Below are positions 1-9,031 of a stretch of 64,000 nt of DNA, piece by piece; the stretch's first letter is position 1, and each line of letters starts with the position of its first letter. The stretch spans positions 18,884 to 82,883 of the forward strand of contig JAURLI010000003.1 in assembly GCA_030831315.1 (NCBI GenBank), given 5' to 3'. Origin of the DNA: Alphaproteobacteria bacterium. GTDB lineage: Bacteria > Pseudomonadota > Alphaproteobacteria > SMXQ01. The notes below the pieces were generated by a model, which was not told the DNA's origin, ran no database searches, and saw only the letters and a list, made by a program, of their open reading frames with translations. Position numbers and translations under genes: made by a program.

Positions 1-169
1 GCAAAGGCGCTATCGCGTGGAGAAATAAAAGTGCAGCGATGACGGCAAGACCGGGCAGCGCGAATATCAGCGCTGTCGCTGCTAGACGTTTGACCGGCGT
101 GCGCGGTCTTGTCATCGGTGTCCGTCCCCGGTTGCGCCCCGTGGTGGAAGCCCCGGTGCAGCGGACAGG

Positions 170-2437
170 CTAGCGCAGGGTTTCATGGGCGGCCAGTGCC
201 GCCACGGTGACGATTTCCGAGACGCTCGCATTCATCGGAACGATCTGCACCGGCTTTTCAAGGCCCAGCAACAGCGGACCAATCACCGTGCCGCCGCCCA
301 GTTCCTGCATCAGCTTGGAGGCGATGTTGGCCGGGTCCAGCGCCGGCATGACCAGCACGTTGGCGGCCCCGGTCAGGCGGCTGAAGGGATAGTGCTGGCG
401 CATCAGCTCGTAATCGAGTGCGACGTCCGCCGCCATTTCGCCGTCGTATTCGAAATCGAGCTTCCGGGTATCGAGAATATCGACCGCTTCGCGGATGCGT
501 TTGCCCTTGTCGCGCAGCGGATCGCCGAAGGTCGAGAACGACAGCAACGCCACGCGCGGGAAATGCCCCATCTGGCGCGCCTTGGCCGCCGCCTGCACGG
601 CGATGTCGGCAAGCTCTTCCTGGGTCGGCACTTCGTGGACGGAGGTATCGGCGATGAACACCGTGCGCCCGCGCGCGATCAGCATGGTCAGGCCGAAGGG
701 CCGTTCGCCCGGGCGCGCATCGAACACGCGCCGCACTTCGTTGTACGACGTAAACGACGAACGGGTCAGGCCGGTGATCAGCGCATCGCCGTCGCCGTGC
801 GCCACCATGCAGGAGGCGAACACGTTGCGGTCCAGATGCACCATGCGCTGGCAGTCGCGATACAGAAGGCCGCGGCGCTGCAGGCGCGCATAAAGGTAAT
901 CGGTGTATTCCTTGTTGCGCGTCGAAAGGGCGGCGTTGGTGATTTCGAATTCGTCGGCATTGGCGATGCCGATGGACTTCATCGTCGCCAGCACGCGGTC
1001 CTTGACGCCGACGAGGATCGGCGTGCCGTAACCCGCGGCCTTGAAGGACGCGGCGGCACGGATCGCTTTTTCTTCCTCGCCTTCGGCGAAGACGACGCGG
1101 CGCGGGTTCGAGCGCACTTCGCGGAGGATCATGGCGAGCGTATCGGCCGTGGGATCGAGGCGGGCCGACAGCCGCGCCTTGTAGTCGTCCATGTCGTCGA
1201 TCTGCTTGGTGGCGACGCCGGTGCGCATGGCGGCACGTGCTACGGCGGGCGGGATCGATGAAATCAGGCGCGGATCGAAGGGCACCGGGATCAGGTAATC
1301 GGGGCCATAGCGCAGGCGCGCACCCTGGTAGGCATCGGCGACCTCGTCGGGAACGTCCTCGCGGGCGAGTTTGGCCAGTGCTTCCGCTGCGGCCACCTTC
1401 ATCTCGTCATTGATCGCGCGCGCGCGCACATCGAGCGCGCCGCGGAAGATATAGGGAAAGCCCAGCACGTTGTTGACCTGGTTCGGATAGTCCGAACGAC
1501 CCGTCGCCATGATCGCGTCCTTGCGCGCTTCATGCACTTCTTCGGGCCGGATTTCGGGATCGGGATTGGCCATGGCGAAAATGATCGGCTTCTTGGCCAT
1601 CGACTTGACCATGTCCTGATTGACCGCGCCCTTCACCGACAGGCCGAAAAAGACGTCGGCGCCCTTCATGGCTTCGGCCAGCGTGCGCGCCTTGGTCGGC
1701 ACGGCGTGTGCCGACTTCCACTGGTTCATGCCGTTCTCGCGGCCCTGATAGATGACGCCGGAGGTGTCGCACATGACGACGTTCTCATGGGGTACACCCA
1801 TGCGCTTGACCAGTTCGACGCAGGCGATGGCCCCGGCGCCGGCGCCGTTCACTACCATCTTGATGTCCTTGGGCTTGCGGCCGGTCACATCAAGCGCGTT
1901 CAAAAGTCCCGCCGCGGCGATGATCGCCGTGCCGTGCTGGTCGTCGTGAAAGACCGGGATGTCCATCAACTCGCGCAGGCGCTGCTCGATGATGAAACAT
2001 TCGGGCGCCTTGATGTCTTCGAGATTGATGCCGCCGAAGGAGGGGCCGAGGTAGCGCACCGCGTTGACGAATTCGTCGACGTCCTCGGTGCCGATTTCCA
2101 GATCAATGGCATCGACGTCGGCGAAGCGCTTGAACAGGACTGCCTTGCCTTCCATGACCGGCTTGGACGCCAGCGCGCCGAGGTTGCCGAGGCCCAGCAC
2201 CGCCGTCCCGTTGGAAATGACGGCGACCAGGTTGCCGCGCACGGTGTAATCGTAGGCGCGCGACGGGTCCTTCTGGATCGCGAGGCAAGGCGCCGCCACG
2301 CCCGGCGAATAGGCGAGCGAAAGATCGCGCTGGGTCACCAGCGGCTTGGTCGGTGCGATCTCGATCTTGCCCGGGCGACCTTGAGCGTGAAAAGCGAGCG
2401 CTTCCTGGTCGAGCACGCGATCGTTGGAATTGGGCAT
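170..2437 (-). CDS. maeB: NADP-dependent malic enzyme: malic-enzyme N-terminal domain plus phosphotransacetylase-like C-terminal domain, 755 aa
   Basis: N-terminus '[43 protein letters not shown]' is the MaeB signature. The full two-domain length is intact. Confidence 0.9.
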   Translation of the reverse strand: MPNSNDRVLDQEALAFHAQGRPGKIEIAPTKPLVTQRDLSLAYSPGVAAPCLAIQKDPSRAYDYTVRGNLVAVISNGTAVLGLGNLGALASKPVMEGKAVLFKRFADVDAIDLEIGTEDVDEFVNAVRYLGPSFGGINLEDIKAPECFIIEQRLRELMDIPVFHDDQHGTAIIAAAGLLNALDVTGRKPKDIKMVVNGAGAGAIACVELVKRMGVPHENVVMCDTSGVIYQGRENGMNQWKSAHAVPTKARTLAEAMKGADVFFGLSVKGAVNQDMVKSMAKKPIIFAMANPDPEIRPEEVHEARKDAIMATGRSDYPNQVNNVLGFPYIFRGALDVRARAINDEMKVAAAEALAKLAREDVPDEVADAYQGARLRYGPDYLIPVPFDPRLISSIPPAVARAAMRTGVATKQIDDMDDYKARLSARLDPTADTLAMILREVRSNPRRVVFAEGEEEKAIRAAASFKAAGYGTPILVGVKDRVLATMKSIGIANADEFEITNAALSTRNKEYTDYLYARLQRRGLLYRDCQRMVHLDRNVFASCMVAHGDGDALITGLTRSSFTSYNEVRRVFDARPGERPFGLTMLIARGRTVFIADTSVHEVPTQEELADIAVQAAAKARQMGHFPRVALLSFSTFGDPLRDKGKRIREAVDILDTRKLDFEYDGEMAADVALDYELMRQHYPFSRLTGAANVLVMPALDPANIASKLMQELGGGTVIGPLLLGLEKPVQIVPMNASVSEIVTVAALAAHETLR

Positions 2438-2669
2438 GGCGAGTCCCTGTCCTGACTTGTTTGCTGCCGGGCCGTCCGTCCGCTGTCGGGCCCGGGCCCC
2501 TGAGGGGCAAAAAACCCCCGAAACTTACCCTTTTTCCCCTCTTTGCCAAGCCCCAAGGGGTTTTGTCCCTCCTGTCGTTCAGGCTATTCGGCCCACCCCG
2601 GGCGATGTGTTAGGGTCGGGGCCGGCCCGGTCCGGGCCGCCAAAACAGCCGCTAAACAGGGGATCAAGG

Positions 2670-5441
2670 GTGACCGACGAGGTGCTGGCCGATAGCGACG
2701 CCACCGGAGCCGAACCGGCCGCCGCCGGGTCCGGGCCGGTCACGCCGATGATGACCCAGTACCTCGCCATCAAGCAGGCCCATCCGGGCTGCCTGCTGTT
2801 CTACCGCATGGGCGATTTCTACGAACTGTTCTTCGAAGACGCGGTTGCCGCCTCGCGCGCCCTCGACATCACGCTCACCCATCGCGGCAAGCATCAGGGT
2901 GCAGATATCCCGATGTGCGGGGTGCCGGTGCATTCCCATGAAACCTATCTTGCCCGCCTCATCCGCAAGGGCTTCAAGGTCGCCGTCTGCGAACAGACCG
3001 AGGACCCGGCGGAGGCGAAAAAGCGCGGCTCCAAATCCGTTGTCGCCCGCGATGTCGTGCGCCTGATCACGCCGGGTACGTTGACCGAGGACACGCTCCT
3101 TGATTCGGCGCGCAACAATTTCCTGGCCGCCCTCGGCGAAGCGCAAGGTGCGCTTGCCCTTTCATGGCTCGATATTTCGACCGGCGCCTTCGTCATCGGC
3201 GATGTCGATGCGGGGCGCCTCGGCGCCGCTATCGCGCGTCTTGCCCCGGGCGAAGTGCTCGTCTCCGATCGTCTTGCCGGGCGCGACGACATCGCTCCGG
3301 TCTTGGGCGCGCTGCGCGACGATGGCGTGACGACGCTGACCGTGCAGCCCGCCAGCCTGTTCGATTCGACCAACGGCGAGCACCGCCTGAAGCGCCTCTA
3401 TTCGGTCGCCACCCTCGATGCCTTCGGCGCGTTCTCGCGCGCCGGGCTTGCGGCGGCGGGCGCGCTCGTCGATTACGTGGAATTGACCCAGAAAGGGGCG
3501 CTGCCGCGCTTTGCACCCCCGCGTATCGAGGCCGCGGGCGCGGTCATGGAAATCGACGCCCAGACCCGCCGCAATCTGGAACTTTCCCAGACGCTGTCGG
3601 GCGCGCGGCGGGGAACGCTGCTCGATGTCATCGACCGCACGCGCACGGGCGCGGGTGCCCGGCTCGTCGCCGAGCTTTTGTCGGCGCCGCTGACCGACCC
3701 GGATGAAATAAACCGGCGCCTTGATGCGGTCGAATGGCTCGCGGGCGACGACGCGCCCGTGGCGCCCATCACGGAAGCGCTCGTCGATTGTCCCGATATC
3801 GAACGTGCCCTTGCGCGTCTCGCGCTCGGGCGCGGGGGGCCGCGCGATCTCGCCGCCCTGCGCGACGGGCTTGCGCGGGCCGGCAAACTCGCCGCCGCCC
3901 TTGAAGCGTTGGCTTCCGATACGATCCCGGACCTTGTACGCGGATGGCTCCAAGGTCTTGGCGATCACGCGGCGCTCGTCGATCATCTGGCGCGCGCCCT
4001 AGCACCCGATCTGCCGCTGCTCGCCCGTGACGGCGGTTTCATCGCCAAGGGCTACGATGCCCCCCTCGATGAAACGCGCAGTTTGCGCGATGAAAGCCGC
4101 AGGCTGATCGCGGGGCTGGAGCGCGACTACCGCGATGCGTCGAAGATCGCGAACCTGCGCATCCGCCACAACAACGTGCTCGGCTATTTCATCGAAGTGC
4201 GCCCCAATCAGGCCGACCAGTTGGCGACCGCGCCGGGCCCCAAGGGCGAGGAAAAATTCTTTCATCATCGCCAGACCATCGCATCTGCCGTGCGCTTCAA
4301 CACGGCCGATCTGGCGGATCTGGAAACGCGCATCAGCCGCGCCGCCGACCGCGCGCTCGCCATGGAGATGGAAATCTTCGAGCGCCTCGTCGGTGAAGTC
4401 ACCGCGCCCGAGGCCGCCGCCGCCATCGCCGATGCGGCACGCGCCCTTGCCTGGTTTGATGCGGTCGCGGGATTTGCCCGTCTTGCGCGCGACGGCGATT
4501 ACGTGCGCCCGCGCGTCGATGCCTCGCTCGTCTTCCATGTCGAAGGCGGCCGTCATCCGGTGGTGGAAGCGATGCTGCGCTCGGGCGAAGGGGCAGCTTT
4601 CGTTCCCAACGATTGCGATCTGACGGCGCGCGACGGTTCCGATGGCGCCGAAGGTTCGCGCCTGTGGCTGATCACCGGCCCCAACATGGCGGGCAAATCG
4701 ACCTTCCTGCGCCAGAATGCGCTGATCGCGGTGCTGGCGCAGATCGGCTGCTTCGTGCCCGCGCGCGCCGCCCATATAGGCGTTGTCGACAAGCTGTTCT
4801 CGCGCGTTGGTGCCGCCGACGATCTCGCGCGCGGACGCTCGACTTTCATGGTCGAAATGGTGGAAACGGCGGCGATCCTCAACCAGGCGGGCGAACGCGC
4901 GCTTGTCATTCTCGATGAAATCGGGCGCGGCACCGCCACTTTCGACGGCCTGTCCATCGCCTGGGCGACGATCGAGCATTTGCATTCGGTCAATCGCTGC
5001 CGGGCACTTTTCGCCACCCATTACCACGAGCTGACGGCGCTCGCCGCCCGCCTTGACGATCTGTCGAACCACTGCATGCGCGTCAAGGAATGGAAGGGCG
5101 ACGTCGTGTTCCTGCACGAAGTTGGCCCCGGCACCGCAGACCGGTCCTACGGCATCCATGTCGCGCGTCTGGCGGGCTTGCCTGAAGCGGCCCTCGTGCG
5201 CGCGGAAGAAGTGCTGTCGGCGCTTGAGAAGGGCGAAAAGGCAGACCAGCTGTCACGCCTTGCCGATGACCTGCCGCTGTTTGCCGCCGCTCCGCGCCCG
5301 CAGGCGGGCGGGCATGGGCGCTCAAAATCTTTGGCGGTCGAAGACGCGCTCAAGGCCGTGCATCCCGACAGCCTGACGCCGCGCGATGCGCTGGACCTCG
5401 TCTATCGGCTTAAAGCGTTGCTGGCGAAATCCGACGATTAG
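2670..5441 (+). CDS. mutS: DNA mismatch repair protein MutS
   Basis: '[34 protein letters not shown]' mismatch-binding domain and the Walker A '[13 protein letters not shown]'. The ORF opens at 2424, but a GTG at 2670 preceded by AGGGGA gives the usual ~24 aa lead before TPMM, so the start is uncertain. Confidence 0.88.
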   Translation: MTDEVLADSDATGAEPAAAGSGPVTPMMTQYLAIKQAHPGCLLFYRMGDFYELFFEDAVAASRALDITLTHRGKHQGADIPMCGVPVHSHETYLARLIRKGFKVAVCEQTEDPAEAKKRGSKSVVARDVVRLITPGTLTEDTLLDSARNNFLAALGEAQGALALSWLDISTGAFVIGDVDAGRLGAAIARLAPGEVLVSDRLAGRDDIAPVLGALRDDGVTTLTVQPASLFDSTNGEHRLKRLYSVATLDAFGAFSRAGLAAAGALVDYVELTQKGALPRFAPPRIEAAGAVMEIDAQTRRNLELSQTLSGARRGTLLDVIDRTRTGAGARLVAELLSAPLTDPDEINRRLDAVEWLAGDDAPVAPITEALVDCPDIERALARLALGRGGPRDLAALRDGLARAGKLAAALEALASDTIPDLVRGWLQGLGDHAALVDHLARALAPDLPLLARDGGFIAKGYDAPLDETRSLRDESRRLIAGLERDYRDASKIANLRIRHNNVLGYFIEVRPNQADQLATAPGPKGEEKFFHHRQTIASAVRFNTADLADLETRISRAADRALAMEMEIFERLVGEVTAPEAAAAIADAARALAWFDAVAGFARLARDGDYVRPRVDASLVFHVEGGRHPVVEAMLRSGEGAAFVPNDCDLTARDGSDGAEGSRLWLITGPNMAGKSTFLRQNALIAVLAQIGCFVPARAAHIGVVDKLFSRVGAADDLARGRSTFMVEMVETAAILNQAGERALVILDEIGRGTATFDGLSIAWATIEHLHSVNRCRALFATHYHELTALAARLDDLSNHCMRVKEWKGDVVFLHEVGPGTADRSYGIHVARLAGLPEAALVRAEEVLSALEKGEKADQLSRLADDLPLFAAAPRPQAGGHGRSKSLAVEDALKAVHPDSLTPRDALDLVYRLKALLAKSDD

Positions 5442-5444
5442 CCT

Positions 5445-6302
5445 TTACGGCTTGTTCCACTCGCGGCTGGCCTGCTGGCTGCCCTGGGGCGCGCGGTAGA
5501 CCGGCGCTTCCAAGGCACCCTTCGCCGCTTCGGCCAGCGACAGTTTCCCGTCCCAGCGGTTGCCGACGTAGCGCTCGCCGGTGTGGCCGTCCGACAGGTC
5601 GGAGGCGAGCCATACGATCGGCGCACGCATGACCTTGGGATCGACCAGCTTGCGGTCGGTGAGAAAATTCTTCGGAACGAAGGCCGTCGCCGCGGCGCCG
5701 CCCGGGATCAGCGAATTGCAGGTGACGCCGGTGCCTTCCAGTTCCTCGGCGAAGATCAGTGTTTCCGCCTCGATCGCGCCCTTCGACGGGCCATAGGGCG
5801 AATTGCCCTTGCGCTGAATGGTGCCGAGCGACGTCGTCACGTTGACGATGCGCCCCCACTTTTGCGCGATCAGGTGCGGCGTGATCGCGCGGCACATGTT
5901 GTAGGTGCCGACCACGTTGACCTTTATCACCTGCGACCAGCGCGAAGGATCGGTTTCCCAGAAGTTGATCGAGGTGTCGGTGGCATTCTTCGCCACGACG
6001 TTGAGCTGACCGAGCGCTGCGTTGTTCACCACCATGTGCAGCCCGCCCAGCTCGCGGATCGTCTTGTCGCGCGCCATTTCGCAGGCGGCGTAGTCGTCGA
6101 TGCTGTAGGGCAGCGCAATGGCCTTGCCCGGCCCGCGCGCCTTGGTGATTTCCGCGACCGCGGCGTTGAGCTCTTCCACGTCCGGGCTCAGCAGCCCCGC
6201 CTTGCCGCCCGCCTCGATGATGGCGTCTGCCATTTCGCGGCCCATGCCGCGGCTGGCACCAGTGACAATGGCGACCTTGCCGGTGAGATCGATGCTGCTC
6301 AT
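5445..6302 (-). CDS. short-chain dehydrogenase/reductase (SDR) family oxidoreductase
   Basis: 'KVAIVTGASRGMGREMA' Rossmann TGxxxGxG motif. The ATG at 6302 yields 'MSSIDLTGKVAIVTG'. Confidence 0.85.
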   Translation of the reverse strand: MSSIDLTGKVAIVTGASRGMGREMADAIIEAGGKAGLLSPDVEELNAAVAEITKARGPGKAIALPYSIDDYAACEMARDKTIRELGGLHMVVNNAALGQLNVVAKNATDTSINFWETDPSRWSQVIKVNVVGTYNMCRAITPHLIAQKWGRIVNVTTSLGTIQRKGNSPYGPSKGAIEAETLIFAEELEGTGVTCNSLIPGGAAATAFVPKNFLTDRKLVDPKVMRAPIVWLASDLSDGHTGERYVGNRWDGKLSLAEAAKGALEAPVYRAPQGSQQASREWNKP

Positions 6303-6339
6303 CTTGCTGTTCCTTTCGGTTACTTCGGTGTGATGAATT

Positions 6340-7125
6340 TCAGGCGTTGCCGAACAGGCGGCCGAGACGCGCTTCGCGCGGCCAGCCGCCCAGCTTGGGC
6401 GCGAGCGCACGGCTCACCGCCCACAGCACCGCCTGGTTGGAATTGACGCAGGCCTTGCCCGTCGCCCGTTCGATGCCGGAAATGGCCTCGATCTGCGTGG
6501 TGTTGGTGCACGACAGGAAAATGCCGTCCGCCTTCGGATGGCGGGTCAGCATTTCGCAGCCGAGATCGAACCAGCGCTTCGGCTCCACGTGGATGTATTC
6601 GTCTCCGCCCTTGAGGCCGAGGCCGACATCCTGCAACACCTCGAAGCCGAGCTTCGTCAGGTAGGCGCGCTCGGCATCGTTGACCGACTGGCGGTACGGC
6701 GTCAGCAGCACCAGCGAGCGCAGGGCGAGCGCCTTCATCGCATCGACGATGGCCTTACCCGTCGCCAGCGTGGTCGCGCCGGTTTCGGCGGCGATGGTCT
6801 CGATGACCCGGGCTTCGACCTCGGGGCCTTCTTCCATCGACGTGCCGGTGCAGTGAAACACGATGACATCGCAGCGCGCATCGGCGAGCGCGCCGGCGGA
6901 AGCCTTGATGTCGTCCATCAGCTGGGCAATGGGCTTGTGCCAGGGGCCGGTCATGCGCAGCCGGTTTACATGCACGCCAAGGCCGGGCGGGGCGAAATAC
7001 TGGATCTGCGGCTCGCTCAGCCGGTTCGACGACGGAATGATGAGGCCGAGCCGCGCCTTCGGCGTCATCAGCCTCGCTGCCCGCGCGGGCGCGGAATCGG
7101 CCGGGATCTCTGCGGTCGTGGTCAT
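6340..7125 (-). CDS. Asp/Glu/hydantoin racemase superfamily protein (maleate isomerase / arylmalonate decarboxylase-like)
   Basis: 'LGLIIPSSN' and 'FLSCTNT' paired Cys/Thr motifs typical of this superfamily. Start 'MTTTAEIP' at 7125 with an upstream GGGGAGAA Shine-Dalgarno-like sequence. Confidence 0.7.
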   Translation of the reverse strand: MTTTAEIPADSAPARAARLMTPKARLGLIIPSSNRLSEPQIQYFAPPGLGVHVNRLRMTGPWHKPIAQLMDDIKASAGALADARCDVIVFHCTGTSMEEGPEVEARVIETIAAETGATTLATGKAIVDAMKALALRSLVLLTPYRQSVNDAERAYLTKLGFEVLQDVGLGLKGGDEYIHVEPKRWFDLGCEMLTRHPKADGIFLSCTNTTQIEAISGIERATGKACVNSNQAVLWAVSRALAPKLGGWPREARLGRLFGNA

Positions 7126-7301
7126 CGGTTCTCCCCGTGGGCCGGAAATCCGGCCCTCTTTTTTCATTGCTGCCAGTATCGCCCGCCGGGGCGCGGAGTC
7201 AACGGCAGCCCCGTCCGCGTCCGCCTTGCCCCGGCAGGGCGGCGGCGCTAAAACCGGGCAGTGCCGGGTTGCAACCGGCCGTAAAAAGCAAGGGGAGCCG
7301 C

Positions 7302-8432
7302 ATGGACGACGTCAAGAACGCACTGACCCAGCAGGAACTGATCATCGCCGCGAAGAAGCGCATGGCGCCGGTGACCTGGGACTTCCTTTCGGGCGGCGGC
7401 GAATCGGAAACGACGCTGAAGCGCAACCGCCATTCCCTCGATTCGGTCGCCTTCCGCCCGCGCGTCCTCATCAGCGTGCCGGACCCCGACGCGACCACGA
7501 CGTTCATGGGCCAGAAGATCCGCATTCCGGTGATCTGCGCGCCGGTGGGCTCGCTCCATCACATGGACCCGACCGGCAACCTTGCGGTCGTGCATGCCAT
7601 GGACAAGTTCGGCTCGATGGCGGCGATCTCGATCATGTCCAATCCCCGCCTCGAAGATTGCGCGGCGGCGACGAAGGGCTACAAGATTTTCCAGCTCTAT
7701 GTGCGCGGCGACTGGGAATGGGTGAAGAAGACCCTCGATCGTGTCGTCGCCGCGGGTTTTGATGCGCTGGTCATCACCGTCGACACGGCGCACTACGGCA
7801 GGCGCGAACGCGATCTTTACAACCGTTTCCTGCGCCGCAATTCGGCGCAGCGCTCGAACCTCGAAGGCATCGACCTTGATGCCGAATGGAAGCATCGCGG
7901 CGCGCTGACCTGGGATTTCGTCGAGGCCTGCAAGAAGCATTGTGGCCTGCCCGTCATGGTCAAGGGCATCGCCACGCGCGAGGATGCGGAAATCGCGCTC
8001 AAGCGCGGCGTCGATGTGATCTGGGTATCCAATCATGGCGGCCGCCAGATGGATCATGGCCGGGGTGCCCTGGCCTGCCTGCCGGAAGTGGCCGAAGTGG
8101 CGAAGGGCAAGGCGCCCATCGTCATCGACGGCGGCTTCCTGCGCGGCACCGACGTGATCAAGGCAATCGGCCTGGGTGCCGACGTCGTTGCCGTCGGCAA
8201 GCTCCAGGGCTGGGCGCTGGCCGCGGGCGGCGAGGACGGTCTGGTGCGGTCCTTCGAGATCATGGAAGCCGAAATCAAGATGAACCTGGCACTTCTCGGC
8301 GTGAACAAGCTGTCGGAAATCACGCCTGCGCATTTCTTCCATGGCGCGCCGGTGATGAACGAACCGTCCATCGTTTCGCCCTTCCCGGTGGTGAGCGAGG
8401 CGTTCCGGCGCTGGGATTCGGGCAGCTACTAG
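7302..8432 (+). CDS. FMN-dependent alpha-hydroxy-acid dehydrogenase (L-lactate dehydrogenase / glycolate oxidase family)
   Basis: The TIM-barrel FMN family is recognised across the full ~376 aa, with 'GIATREDAEIALKRGVDVIWVSNHGGRQMD' and 'VIDGGFLRGTDVIKAIGLGAD'. Start 'MDDVKNAL'. Confidence 0.85.
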   Translation: MDDVKNALTQQELIIAAKKRMAPVTWDFLSGGGESETTLKRNRHSLDSVAFRPRVLISVPDPDATTTFMGQKIRIPVICAPVGSLHHMDPTGNLAVVHAMDKFGSMAAISIMSNPRLEDCAAATKGYKIFQLYVRGDWEWVKKTLDRVVAAGFDALVITVDTAHYGRRERDLYNRFLRRNSAQRSNLEGIDLDAEWKHRGALTWDFVEACKKHCGLPVMVKGIATREDAEIALKRGVDVIWVSNHGGRQMDHGRGALACLPEVAEVAKGKAPIVIDGGFLRGTDVIKAIGLGADVVAVGKLQGWALAAGGEDGLVRSFEIMEAEIKMNLALLGVNKLSEITPAHFFHGAPVMNEPSIVSPFPVVSEAFRRWDSGSY

Positions 8433-8441
8433 ACGCTTGTT

Positions 8442-8930
8442 TCAGTCCTCGCGCACCTGCGCGGTGCCGATCAGGCGTCGCAGGATGCGCAGGCCCCAGT
8501 CATGGAACTCCGTGCCGCCGTGCGAGCCGCAGGCACGCGCGCGCACGATGGGCGTCAGTCCCGCCTCAAACAGGGCGATGGCGCTCGCCAGCACGCAATT
8601 GTCGGTGGCGATGCCGCAAAGATGCACTTCGTCGGCATTGGTAGCGCCGAGGATGGCGCGCACCTCGTCGGTCAGGCAGGAATAGGTCTGCTTCTCAATG
8701 ACGCGGACATGGGCTGCCGGCGCAAAGGCCAGTTCCGTATCGGCGCTGCCGGGCGCGAAGCGGGACCAGCCGATCAGGCGGCGATGGGCGGAGCCCTCGG
8801 GATTGACGAAACGGGTGGCGATGACCGTTTTGAAATCGTCCTGAAGGGTACCGACACGCTCGGGCACATGCGCCGTTGCCGGTCCGATGAAGCCTTTTTG
8901 CACGTCGATGATGATCAGGGCCGCTGTCAT
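8442..8930 (-). CDS. isochorismatase-family cysteine hydrolase
   Basis: 'MTAALIIIDVQKGF...CGIATDNCVLASAIALFEAG' is the catalytic D-K-C arrangement. Internal start at 8930. Confidence 0.75.
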   Translation of the reverse strand: MTAALIIIDVQKGFIGPATAHVPERVGTLQDDFKTVIATRFVNPEGSAHRRLIGWSRFAPGSADTELAFAPAAHVRVIEKQTYSCLTDEVRAILGATNADEVHLCGIATDNCVLASAIALFEAGLTPIVRARACGSHGGTEFHDWGLRILRRLIGTAQVRED

Positions 8931-9031
8931 GGCGTCAACCGCCTTTCGTGGGAGGCCGCGCATGGGCCGGCCGTTTGTGCCATACTGCGCCCCCGGATCA
9001 CTTATATATACGATGCGCCGCCCGGAGCGAT

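Noticed and set aside
1-115. Possible 5'-partial minus-strand membrane-protein gene starting at ~115
   Set aside because: Translating the reverse strand by hand gives only a 34-codon ORF ('MTRPRTPVKRLAATALIFALPGLAVIAALYFLHR') that hits a stop at 11-13. It is too short and unsupported.
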